Shown: positions 27,604 through 40,209 of the stretch, piece after piece
Layout: every line of letters begins with the position of its first letter
Position numbering within the stretch: the stretch's first letter is position 1
Source of the DNA: Bacteriovoracia bacterium
Lineage (GTDB): Bacteria; Bdellovibrionota; UBA1018; CAIPTA01
Direction: 5' to 3'
Assembly: GCA_050246755.1 (NCBI GenBank)
Contig: JBFWVL010000003.1
Coordinates: 192,001 to 256,000, forward strand
DNA: 64,000 bases
The notes under the pieces: model-generated
The model's input: only the letters and a program-made list of their open reading frames with translations
Told to the model about the DNA's origin: nothing
Databases searched by the model: none
Position numbers and translations under genes: made by a program

Positions 27604-28735
27604 GCGCCTTTTCCAAAACCGCCAGATAACTTTTGCGAAAATGCTCCCGCGAAAACTCCTCCGCGCGCGCGCGCGCCGCTTCGGGGCGGAAGCGCGAAAA
27701 TTCTTTCTCAAACTTTTCGATCGCCCCGTTCAAGCTTTCCACCGTTTGCTCGGGAAAAAATAGTCCCGTTTCGTCCGTAACGGTATCGAGCAATCCGCCC
27801 TTTCCGTACGCGATCACCGGGCGCCCGGAATACATCGCCTCAAGGGGCGTGATGCCGAAATCCTCTAAGCCCGGAAACAAAAATGCCTTCGCTTTACGGT
27901 AAAATTCCCCGAGGCTTTCGTTCGAGAGCCCGCCGAGAAACTGGATATTGTTATGCCCTTTGGCCAGCGCCTTTAATTTTCTCTCGTCTTGCCCTTTACC
28001 AATCACCACCAGCCGGCGCCCGCTCTGGATAAACGCCTCCACGGCGAGATCGATGCGCTTGTAGGGCGCGAAGGCCGAAACGATGAGGTAATAATCCTTG
28101 GGCTCTTCCAGCAGCGTCCCGAATTTTTCGCGGTCGAAAAAGGGATGCACTACCACCGAATCCCGGTTCCAGAATTTCCTGATTCTTTCCTGCACGAAAC
28201 GCGAATTCGCCATCAACACGTCCACCGCCGGCGTGGTGCGCACGTCCCAGCGCTGGAGATAGGGCCGCACGAATTTAGCGGCCGCCGTCACGAGCGCGGA
28301 GCTCTTTCCCGGGCCGAAGTATTCGTCGAACATATCCCAGATATAGCGCATCGGGGTGGACACGTAGGACACGTGGAGGGCGCCCGGTTTCTTACGCACG
28401 CCTTTGGCCACGCAATGAGTATTGGAAAGAATCAAATCGTACCGCGAGAGATCGAGGCTCTCCACGGCATGGGGAAAAATCGGCAAGAGCTTCCGGTATC
28501 CCTCGCGGAAACGCGGAAGGCCCATGAGCTTTTGCAGGTAAGAATGGTGAACCTGGCGACCATTCAGGATATGGGGGCTCATTTGGTAATCAGTTTGGAG
28601 AAGGGTATAAAGATCGGCGTGCGGGAAAAGCTCGCAGATCACGTCGAGAATAGCCTCCCCGCCCCGCATGCCCGTGAGCCAGTCGTGCACGATCGCCACG
28701 CGGCCGGGCTCGTGGGTCCAAGCCGGCAAGCTCAC
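27590..28735 (-). CDS. GT4 glycosyltransferase (WbaZ-like)
   Basis: VHDWLTGMRGGE, PYKRIDLAV, EDFGITPLEAM. Confidence 0.88.
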   Translation of the reverse strand: MSLPAWTHEPGRVAIVHDWLTGMRGGEAILDVICELFPHADLYTLLQTDYQMSPHILNGRQVHHSYLQKLMGLPRFREGYRKLLPIFPHAVESLDLSRYDLILSNTHCVAKGVRKKPGALHVSYVSTPMRYIWDMFDEYFGPGKSSALVTAAAKFVRPYLQRWDVRTTPAVDVLMANSRFVQERIRKFWNRDSVVVHPFFDREKFGTLLEEPKDYYLIVSAFAPYKRIDLAVEAFIQSGRRLVVIGKGQDERKLKALAKGHNNIQFLGGLSNESLGEFYRKAKAFLFPGLEDFGITPLEAMYSGRPVIAYGKGGLLDTVTDETGLFFPEQTVESLNGAIEKFEKEFSRFRPEAARARAEEFSREHFRKSYLAVLEKALTRS

Positions 28736-29685
28736 TAAATTTCCTTCTTGAAGGCTTCGATGGTCATGCGCAGGCCGTCTTCCAGATTCACCTTGGGCTC
28801 CCAGCCGAGGATCTTGCGGGCCTTGGTGATATCGGGGCAGCGGCGGCGCGGATCATGCGGGCGCGCCGGCAAGAATTCCAGCTCGAGCTTGGTGCCGGCC
28901 ACTTTCTGCACGGCTTTCGCGAAATCGAGGAGCGGAGTTTCCACCGGGTTTCCGCAGTTCACGGGCAGCTGCTCTTTCGATTGGGAGAGTTTGTAGATTC
29001 CGTCCACGAGGTCGCTCACGTAGCAGAAGGAACGGGTCTGAGTGCCGTCGCCGTGCAGGGTGAGTTTTTTTCCGCGCAAGGCTTGCGCGCAGAGTTCAGG
29101 AACCACGCGGCCGTCGTTGAGGCGCATACGAGGGCCGTAGGTATTGAAGATCCTCACGATACGGGTATCGAGATTGTATTTCTTGTTGTACACCATCACG
29201 GCCGCTTCCGAGAAACGCTTGGCTTCGTCGTAGCAGGAGCGGGGCCCAATCGAGCTCACGTTGCCCCAGTACTCTTCCGTCTGGGGATGCACGAGCGGAT
29301 CGCCGTATACTTCCGAGGTGGAAGCGATGAAAAACTTGGAGCCGCCTTTACGCGCGTACTCGAGGGCGTTCAACGTGCCCTTGGAATCCACTTCGAGGAT
29401 CTCGAGCGCGAGCTGTTCGAAATCGATGGGGCTCGCGGGGCAGGCGAAGTGCAGCACCATATCGAAATTGCCGCCGAAGGGATTCTTGAAATCGAATTTG
29501 TTAATCACGTCTGCTTTTTCGAAACGGAAATCGGGGTGCTTGAGCGGCTCCTTGATATTGTCTTCCCGTCCGGTGAGGAAATTATCCACGCCGAGAACCG
29601 CGAAACCTTCTTTCAGGAAACGTTCGCTAAGGTGGGAGCCGATGAAGCCCGCTGCGCCAGTGATCAATACGGATTTTTTTGCCAT
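28735..29685 (-). CDS. UDP-glucuronate decarboxylase-like NAD-dependent SDR
   Basis: TGAAGFIGSH, ACPASP, STSEVYGDP, YDEAKR, RIFNTYGPRM. Confidence 0.88.
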   Translation of the reverse strand: MAKKSVLITGAAGFIGSHLSERFLKEGFAVLGVDNFLTGREDNIKEPLKHPDFRFEKADVINKFDFKNPFGGNFDMVLHFACPASPIDFEQLALEILEVDSKGTLNALEYARKGGSKFFIASTSEVYGDPLVHPQTEEYWGNVSSIGPRSCYDEAKRFSEAAVMVYNKKYNLDTRIVRIFNTYGPRMRLNDGRVVPELCAQALRGKKLTLHGDGTQTRSFCYVSDLVDGIYKLSQSKEQLPVNCGNPVETPLLDFAKAVQKVAGTKLELEFLPARPHDPRRRCPDITKARKILGWEPKVNLEDGLRMTIEAFKKEI

Positions 29686-29803
29686 GGGAATACGCTACCC
29701 CGAAATTCCTCGGGCGGGAAGAGTTAGCCCGGCGATTGACTCACCGCTTCTCCGCTACGAAACCTCTTGCCCAGCAACTCGGCCCTCTGCTGTAATCCAA
29801 AGC

Positions 29804-30844
29804 GTGAAAAGAATCCTCGTAGACGCACGCATGGTGAAGGCCGAAGGTCACGGCATCGGCAACTATACTCTGCAGATGGCGGAGGGCTTAGCCGAAATCC
29901 AGAAGACCTACGAACTGCTCTACCTCGTGGACAAAAACCTTCCCGCGGATCACCCGCTGCGAAAACAAAATCACCGTGATTCCCAAATCCCTTTTCTCCA
30001 CGCCCTGGAACCGTTTCGGCTCGGCAAAGAAATCATGAAATTCAAGCCGGCCCTCTACCATAGCCCCAGCTTCGCCAGTCTCTGGAGCTATCCCGTTCCC
30101 TATGTGCAAACCGTGCACGACCTGAATCACCTGCATTTTGGCTCTGCCCTCCAAAAAATTTACTACGCTACGCTGCTCCTGCCTTCGCTCAAAAAAGCCA
30201 AACGCATCCTCACCGTTTCCGAAAGCTCCCGCGCCGAGATCTCCGCCTGGCTAAAGAGCCAGGGCGTGGAAAAAGAAATCACGCTGGCCGAGAATGCCAT
30301 TCCATTGCCGAAACTCCCTCCTAATCCCGACTTGCTAAAGCGCTGGCAACTTCGGCCGGGAGCCTATTTTCTCGCCCTTTCTAATAGTAAGCCCTTTAAG
30401 AACCTTGCATTTCTGAAAGCGGCCTACCGAAAATCCGGATCTAAGCTCCCGCTGGTGATCAGCACCAAGGGCGAGTCCGGTGAGGGAATTGTTCATACCG
30501 GCCCGCTCAGCGAAGAAGAATTGGCCACGCTTTTGCCGAATGCTTCCGCGATTTTTTTTCCTTCGCTCTACGAAGGCTTTGGCCGCCCTCCTCTCGAAGG
30601 CGCGCTCGCCGGAACGATCCCGGTGGTTTCGGATATTGCGCCCCACCGCGAGGTATTGCGCGGCGTGAAGGAAGCCGTTTTCCTCTCTCCCCGGGAGAGC
30701 GCGGACTGGGAAGCCATTTTTCAAAACCCTCCCGCGGAAAAAGTTTCCGCGGAGTCGAAGCGCTGGATCCAAGAAACCTATCCCCTCCAGAAGCTCGCCA
30801 ATGCCATGCACACCATCTATATGGATGCTCTGGAACAACCATGA
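29804..30844 (+). CDS. GT4 glycosyltransferase
   Basis: ILVDAR...GIGNY, TVHDL, FPSLYEGFGRPPLE; GTG start at 29804. Confidence 0.85.
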   Translation: MKRILVDARMVKAEGHGIGNYTLQMAEGLAEIQKTYELLYLVDKNLPADHPLRKQNHRDSQIPFLHALEPFRLGKEIMKFKPALYHSPSFASLWSYPVPYVQTVHDLNHLHFGSALQKIYYATLLLPSLKKAKRILTVSESSRAEISAWLKSQGVEKEITLAENAIPLPKLPPNPDLLKRWQLRPGAYFLALSNSKPFKNLAFLKAAYRKSGSKLPLVISTKGESGEGIVHTGPLSEEELATLLPNASAIFFPSLYEGFGRPPLEGALAGTIPVVSDIAPHREVLRGVKEAVFLSPRESADWEAIFQNPPAEKVSAESKRWIQETYPLQKLANAMHTIYMDALEQP

Positions 30845-32710
30845 GAGCCTTTCTTCGCGACCTCGGCCAGGCTTCGCTTTTCCTCCTCGCCATTTTTCTC
30901 GGCTCCGTTCTCGGCAGCCTCCTCTTTTTCTACCTCCCGGTGATTCCCGTGCTCACCAATCCCCGTGAGATCGTGAGCCCGCTTACGGCGCTGAACTTCG
31001 CCCCGGTAAATAACGTGATCCGCTTCGGCCTCTATCTCCTTTCCCCTATTTTGTTTTTTCTGTTGCTCCGTCCCCTGCGCGCCCGGCTCGCGCACCCCAG
31101 CCCGGAAAGCTTTCCGGAGCTTTACTCCGCGAAAAGTGCGTGGATGCTCACCCAAGTATTTTTCTTGGCTAGCTCGCTGGCGCTCCTGGGCATCGCCACT
31201 TTTCTCGACACCCGTGAAATAAACGACTTCTGGTTCTTCCATGAAGGCGAATGGCTAGCGCCGGCCTGGAAATGGCTCCAAACCGGCCAAATCTGGCGAG
31301 GTTCTTTCTTCGCGCACGGGGCTTTCTACGATGCCTTAGGCTCGGGCCTAGCCTGGAAAATATTCTCCGTCACGAACATCGCCGCCAGCCGCGTGATGAC
31401 GAGCTTTCTCGAAAAGGTCGTCTACCTTCCGCTGATGGCCACGATGGTTACCTGCGCGCACTTCACCTACGCCGTGAAGTCTCGCTACGCGGCGGCGATT
31501 TTTTTCCGCGCTCGCGATGCTCACGGCTTTCTATCTCACCCAGGGGCAATGGCAGCACTTTGAACGCCGGGATTTTCCCGCCCTCTGCGGCTTCGTTTTT
31601 TTCCTCTACGGATTAGGCACGAATCGCCGGCGTTGGTTTTCGCTCGCGGGAATCCTGCTCGGCTGTTCTTGGATCTACTCCATCGACCGCGGCATCTACC
31701 TCACCGCCGGTTTTTTCGGTGTTCTCGGGGCGGTCGCCGTTATTACGCGAAACTGGAAAGAGCCTCTGCGGCAGGCACTGCTAATTCTGCTGGGCTGGAC
31801 GATCTCTTTTTTGACATTTGGTTTCATTTTCGGATTTCCAGAGCTCGCCGCGGGAATCCGCACCACCATGCAGCTCTTCGCCATCAAAGACCTCAGCGAT
31901 GGGTCGGTATACCCTCCACCCGCATTTCCGATCTCGAATTGGAAATTCCTCCGCACCACCCATACTTTTCCTCTCGTGTGCCTGGCGATCCAGCTGCTCG
32001 CGTTCTTTTCCTTGCTGCAGAAAAATAAATGGCGTCTCACCAAAGATTCTGCCTGGCTCGTGCAGCTGAGCCTGCTGCTCGTGAGCTTGGCCTACTACCG
32101 AGGGGCGCTCAGCCGCTGTGATGAAGTGCACTACCGCTACGTTTCTTCCTTTGCCTTCCTCGGCGCCGCCCTGGTGGTGGCGCGGGCTTTTTGCGAATCC
32201 GCGCTCTGGCGCCTTCGTTCGGCGCAAGCATTGCTTTGCCTCGCCGCGCTATCGCTTCCCGCCCAGACGCTCTGGGATACGGGCCGCCTCGTGTACGGTA
32301 ATGCAAAAGGTTTTCCGGGAAATATCCGAGAATTCCTGCGCACGAAAGACGAAGCCTTTCTTCCGTCTTGGCAAATCGAGACGGCGGCATTTCTCGCCAA
32401 AGAGTTTCGCGAGGAAAAATGCTTTGCCAGCCTCGTTTCCGAACCCCTCTGGATTTACCTTCTGAAGAAGCCCCACTGCGGAAGGTTTCATTTAGCTTGG
32501 CTAATTTCCGATAAGGGGCTTCAGCTCGAAGCTATCGAGGAATTGAAGCATACCAATCCCGGAAAAATCCTCGTGCACACTCCCCGAAGCGGAGACGAAA
32601 TGGACGGGGTGCCGATCGAGATCCGCGCCCGCTACCTTTACGGTTACGTGGCGGAGAACTACCGCCCAGGACCCAGCTTCAAGGGCTGGGAAGTTTGGGT
32701 GAAGAAATAA
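30841..32710 (+). pseudogene. Polytopic membrane protein (possible GT-C) split by a frameshift at a T7 run
   Basis: ORFs 30841-31563 and 31517-32710 join into one hydrophobic reading (AAAIFSALAMLTAFY) if one T is removed from 31499-31505. Confidence 0.7.
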
Positions 32711-32721
32711 TTTTTCCCGGC

Positions 32722-34038
32722 TTACGAATAGAGCGAGCCCAGCTCATTATCAATATCTTTGAGCCGCGAGCGGCGGCGCATGGCCAAAGCGAGCGCCACC
32801 CCCACCCAAATCATCAGAGTATGCTGGGTTTTTCCGTCCCAGAAATTTATCTGGGTTAAGCCGTTCACGTGAAAGGCCAGAAAGCCCGCGAGCACCGCGG
32901 CCGGCAGCCAGCGTTCTTCCTTGCGCGCTCGCCGGAAAGAAATCACCGCGCCGCCGACCAGCACTCCCCACCACGCGAGGAACGCCGCGAAACCGACAAG
33001 CCCCGTGGAGGCCAGGGAATCGAGGACGTTATTATGGGCGTGGCTCGTGAACTGCGGGCGCTCGCCGAAAATTTTCGTCGCGTACATCGGGCTATATTCT
33101 CCGGTGCGGTTGAATCCTACCCCCGTGACGGGGCGGTCACGGAACATTTCCCAGGCCGACTCCCACATACGCACGCGCTCCCAGTTGCCCACCTGATTAT
33201 TCCGCCAGCGCCCCTGCAAAGTGGGGCTCCATTGCCAAAGGCCGATAGCCAATACCACGGCGAATGCCAGCGCCACGAATCCCCAGATCGGCCGCTTGAG
33301 AAAGCTCAGAAAGGCGAGAATGGCCACGAGGGCGAAAAAAGAAGTGCGGGAGTAGGAAAGAAATACGCCCAGAATCACAAATAGGCTGATGCCCATCCAG
33401 AAAAAACGCCGGGCGGTGCTTTCGCCGGCCAGTGGCCAGAAGAAACGAGCGGCGGTGGCGCTCGCGACAAAGCACATAGCCGAGGCGAAGCTCAGGTGAA
33501 AAAACATGAAGCCCTGCCCATGAAAATGCTCGTTCATCCCGATCGGCCGGAAAAAACGCGAAGCCAGCCAGGGCTCGGGAAAAAGATCGCGGGCGAAAAA
33601 TTGCATCACGGCTACCAGAGCCGAGAAAATTCCCATCCCCAACCAAAATTGCCAGAGCGGATGGTGCTCGATGGACTCGGCCCCATAGTTGAGGGCCAAG
33701 GCAATCAAGGGTGGGTAGAGGAAAAAATGGAATTTCTTCAGTTCCGAAAATCCGCGTAGGCCGTTTTCCCCAAGCGGAAAAAAATGGGCCACAAGCAGGC
33801 TCAGGAAACAGGCGGCGAAGTAAGCGGCGGTGGCGTAGACCCAGGGATCTTTTTTGAATTTGGCCAACGCCGCAGCTCGCCAAGGGGCGCGGAAGATCAC
33901 CACCAGACTTACGAGAAGGAATACGGCCGAACCGATGCTCATGAGAGCCATCGAGGTGAGTGAAAGCACGCCGTAGGCGCAGAGGGCTATCGTCCACCAA
34001 CTCTTCTCGCGCGCGTTCAAAAAGACCTCCATTGTCAC
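32722..34038 (-). CDS. O-antigen ligase (WaaL/Wzy_C) family protein
   Basis: LSYSRTS, ERVRMW...PVTGVG, HAHNNVL; many TM segments. Confidence 0.85.
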   Translation of the reverse strand: MTMEVFLNAREKSWWTIALCAYGVLSLTSMALMSIGSAVFLLVSLVVIFRAPWRAAALAKFKKDPWVYATAAYFAACFLSLLVAHFFPLGENGLRGFSELKKFHFFLYPPLIALALNYGAESIEHHPLWQFWLGMGIFSALVAVMQFFARDLFPEPWLASRFFRPIGMNEHFHGQGFMFFHLSFASAMCFVASATAARFFWPLAGESTARRFFWMGISLFVILGVFLSYSRTSFFALVAILAFLSFLKRPIWGFVALAFAVVLAIGLWQWSPTLQGRWRNNQVGNWERVRMWESAWEMFRDRPVTGVGFNRTGEYSPMYATKIFGERPQFTSHAHNNVLDSLASTGLVGFAAFLAWWGVLVGGAVISFRRARKEERWLPAAVLAGFLAFHVNGLTQINFWDGKTQHTLMIWVGVALALAMRRRSRLKDIDNELGSLYS

Positions 34039-34052
34039 GGGGCATCACAGGA

Positions 34053-34649
34053 ATGAATGTGGTAATCCTATCCGAAGTGTTGGAACCGATAAAGCGTGAA
34101 TCTAAGCCGGGGCAGCGAACTAGGGTTACTGCTCTTTTTTTTGGGCTAGTCTTAGCCTTGGCGCCACTGTTGGGAAATGCCGAAGAGAAGAAAATTTCTC
34201 TGGACGGCCTCAACGATTGCAACTGGATGATCACCTACCGGGGCCGTACCTATGATCTGGCGCCGCTCACACGCGAAGCCCTCGCCCGCCCTATCGAAAG
34301 TGATATCCGTTACGCCCTCCAGCGGGTGCCGGCGGCGAACGAGCACCTCGGCGCCATGAGCACCCACCTGCGCGACGCCCGCGCCCATACCATCTTCGCC
34401 AGTATTTTCGTGAGCGGATTCGTGCTCACGCGGATCCTGCGCGCGAGCCAAAAGAACGAAGAGTACCGTCGCGACTACGATGTGGCCTCCGCCGCCACGG
34501 GATTATTTTTTCTCGCGTCTACGGCCTTCAGCTGGAAATCTACGAACGACGCGAAAACAGAGCTGGTGGAGGCCGTGGATGCCTTCAACCAGGAAAGCCC
34601 GCATAAAATTGAACCGGCCGGGGAAGGCCAAGCGCTCATAGGAAATTAG
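34053..34649 (+). CDS. Hypothetical membrane/exported protein (start uncertain)
   Basis: Signal-like LFFGLVLALAPLLGNA and two hydrophobic segments; ends just before the carB RBS. Confidence 0.6.
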   Translation: MNVVILSEVLEPIKRESKPGQRTRVTALFFGLVLALAPLLGNAEEKKISLDGLNDCNWMITYRGRTYDLAPLTREALARPIESDIRYALQRVPAANEHLGAMSTHLRDARAHTIFASIFVSGFVLTRILRASQKNEEYRRDYDVASAATGLFFLASTAFSWKSTNDAKTELVEAVDAFNQESPHKIEPAGEGQALIGN

Positions 34650-34658
34650 GGAGGAATT

Positions 34659-37909
<3,251 letters not shown>

Positions 37910-37913
<4 letters not shown>

Positions 37914-38203
37914 GCGTGCACTGCTTCCGCTGCGGGAAAGAAATCGCCGAAAATAATCTCGGCCGCCAGGATTCCTGTGAAAACTGCGGAGCGGATACCC
38001 GCTGCTGCCGCAACTGCGCGCACTACGATAAGTCCTATAATAACGAGTGCCGCGAAGAGCAGGCTGCTCGCCAGGTAGAAAAAGAAAAAGGGAATTTTTG
38101 TGAGTGGTTCAAGGCCCGGCAAGGGCCCGTGAGCGGCGCGAGCGCACCGGCAAAGGATTCACTCAAAAGCGCGGCGGAAGCTTTATTCAAGAAGAAGAGC
38201 TGA
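37910..38203 (+). CDS. Small Cys-rich putative zinc-binding protein
   Basis: CxxC, CxxC, CCxxC and NFCEWF; GTGA overlap with the carB stop. Confidence 0.7.
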
Positions 38204-38269
38204 AATCCCCGGGACTAAAAGCCAGTGCGTTTCGGGCCTTGGGGGCGTTCTAGAATGTGGTGGTTCTGC

Positions 38270-39037
38270 TCACTTCATTCCAGTTTTTTTTGGATTCGGA
38301 TCGTAAACGCAAAGAAAAGCCGTTTTCCAAGTACGCTCGGCAGCTCCGTAGTACCCGTAGTATCCGTTAAACACGAAGCCTTTGTTTGAGTCCTTGGGAT
38401 CAAGGGAAGATGTCCACACTCTTTGATAGGTAAGAGTTGGCAATACTAGCTCCCCTGTGCTTTCGAGAAGAGGAGAATAGCCTCCGTTGAAGGTCACACG
38501 ATCCGTATATGGATCTGTGGCCATTTTTGCTCCAAAATCCGAGGAAAATCCCACGTAGTCTTGAAGGGAAGGCAGACGATTCCCGTCTTTTGCGCACAGC
38601 TCTTCTGCTTCCGCTTGAGTGACCTTAAGGGAGGAAGCATCATCGAAACCGGTAGCACCTTCCACTTTCCTGATTGAGCCCCAAACTAATCCTCTGCGGT
38701 CTCTATACCCTTCGCCAAGGCTTGGGCGGCCTGCAAACCGGGTAAATCCAAGGCTGGCAATCCTTGCCGCTTTGTCTTCACCAGATTTTCCTCCTTTAGG
38801 CTCGGAGGGCGCCTCCACTTGGGAGTTCGCTACAGCAGTAACAGGAGAAAGTTCTGGTTCCTTCACGGGGGCGCTGGGAGCGGATTGCTTCGGCGGGCGG
38901 GCTTTCTCGCCATCCAGTGGTCGCACCACTCCTTCTGTCGCGCGAGGCTCCATCGCAATCTTCGACGATTTAGAGGGCGACCCAAAATACCAAACGCCTA
39001 TGCCGCAGATAAAAATAAAAATGATGATTCTGAACAT
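38270..39037 (-). CDS. Membrane-anchored protein with DUF1566/C-type-lectin-like C-terminal domain
   Basis: DRRGLVW, AEELC...RLPS, VWTSS...FLCV; N-terminal TM anchor and Pro-rich linker. Confidence 0.6.
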   Translation of the reverse strand: MFRIIIFIFICGIGVWYFGSPSKSSKIAMEPRATEGVVRPLDGEKARPPKQSAPSAPVKEPELSPVTAVANSQVEAPSEPKGGKSGEDKAARIASLGFTRFAGRPSLGEGYRDRRGLVWGSIRKVEGATGFDDASSLKVTQAEAEELCAKDGNRLPSLQDYVGFSSDFGAKMATDPYTDRVTFNGGYSPLLESTGELVLPTLTYQRVWTSSLDPKDSNKGFVFNGYYGYYGAAERTWKTAFLCVYDPNPKKTGMK

Positions 39038-39240
39038 GGGGTTAGTTTAGCTCTTTTGAGCAATGACAGTCCAAAATCAAAAGACCTGGTCTACTTAATT
39101 GTTGATGAAAGCCGCTAACCATGCGGAGTCGCTCGGCAATTTTTTAAAATGGTTTCTAATTTATACCAGGTGGAGGCAGGTTCGCGAATTCACGCGCGAA
39201 TCGCCATAAAAACAACAATCAAGTAGACCAGCTAGAACGC

Positions 39241-39558
39241 TTATCGCTTGGCTTTTTTCTTGGTCTTTTTCTTGGCCGACTTTTTCGTCGCCTTTTTGGC
39301 CTTTTTCTTCGTGCCCTTAGCCTTCTTTTTACGGCCGCCGCGCGACATTTTCACGGCGGAAACATCGCCCTGCTTGTCTACGAAGTACAAGAAACCTGGC
39401 TTCCGGGTAATGCCGCACTTAACCACCACCACGGCCTTACCGCGGGCGCCCGAGCCGCCTCTGGCCATCTTTACTTGGCAAACATTGCCCTTTTTATCGA
39501 TGAAATACAGATACCCTGTTTCGCGGGTAATACCGGTTTTATGAACTTTTTGAGCCAT
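39241..39558 (-). CDS. Small basic duplicated-domain protein with Lys-rich tail (candidate nucleoid protein)
   Basis: Two GITRxxG(Y/F)LYF(I/V)DKxGxVxxVKMxRGG units and a KKAKKATKK tail; AAGGAG RBS. Confidence 0.75.
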   Translation of the reverse strand: MAQKVHKTGITRETGYLYFIDKKGNVCQVKMARGGSGARGKAVVVVKCGITRKPGFLYFVDKQGDVSAVKMSRGGRKKKAKGTKKKAKKATKKSAKKKTKKKAKR

Positions 39559-39617
39559 CTTTTCTCCTTACGTGTTGCTAAATAGTTAGCAAAGTTTCCC
39601 CCATTTACAAGGAGAAC

Positions 39618-39646
39618 TTGACGGGAAAAGCCCGCGGAAGTACTAC
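39618..39646 (+). promoter_or_regulatory. Putative sigma70 promoter for greA-recG
   Basis: TTGACG-N17-TACTAC. Confidence 0.5.
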
Positions 39647-39717
39647 TAATTTTCGCTATTTGCTCCTCGAGAAATGGAGCAAATAATGAGTAAACTAAAA
39701 ATTTTTTGAGAAACATT

Positions 39718-40209
39718 ATGCAAGCCCCCGCCGAACAAAAAATCTTCCCGGTCACCGTTGAAGGAAAGCGCAAGCTGGAGGAAGAATTGAAACACCTCGT
39801 CACGGTGGAGCGCCCGGCGATCGTGTACGCCATCGAAGTGGCGCGCGCTCACGGCGACCTCAAAGAAAATGCCGAGTACGCAGCCGCCAAGGAGCGTCAG
39901 TCTTTCGTAGAGGGACGGATCCAGCATATCAACGCGGTGATTGCCGGTGCCCAAGTGATCGATCCCAGTAAGCTGAATTTCCCGCATGTGGTTTTCGGCG
40001 CCACCGTGAAACTGGAAGATAGCGATTCGGGCCAGGAAGTGACCTACACCATCGTGGGCATCGACGAATCCGATATCTCCAAGAACAAAATCAGCATCGC
40101 TTCGCCCCTCGCCCGCGCGCTCATTTCGAAAAAAACTGGCGACGAAGTAAAGCTCACCACGCCGAAGGGCACCAGCACCTACGAAATCCGTGGCGTCGAA
40201 TACCGCTAA
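39718..40209 (+). CDS. greA: Transcription elongation factor GreA
   Basis: ARAHGDLKENAEY, ISIASPLARAL. Confidence 0.95.
   Translation: MQAPAEQKIFPVTVEGKRKLEEELKHLVTVERPAIVYAIEVARAHGDLKENAEYAAAKERQSFVEGRIQHINAVIAGAQVIDPSKLNFPHVVFGATVKLEDSDSGQEVTYTIVGIDESDISKNKISIASPLARALISKKTGDEVKLTTPKGTSTYEIRGVEYR

Noticed and set aside
29261-29803. N-terminal extensions of ORF-track calls (also 26986-27270, 54430-54603, 21956-22090)
   Set aside because: They overlap real neighbouring genes; domain boundaries and RBS or -10 positions support later starts
38270-39240. Diversity-generating retroelement
   Set aside because: No reverse transcriptase or template repeat visible in the window
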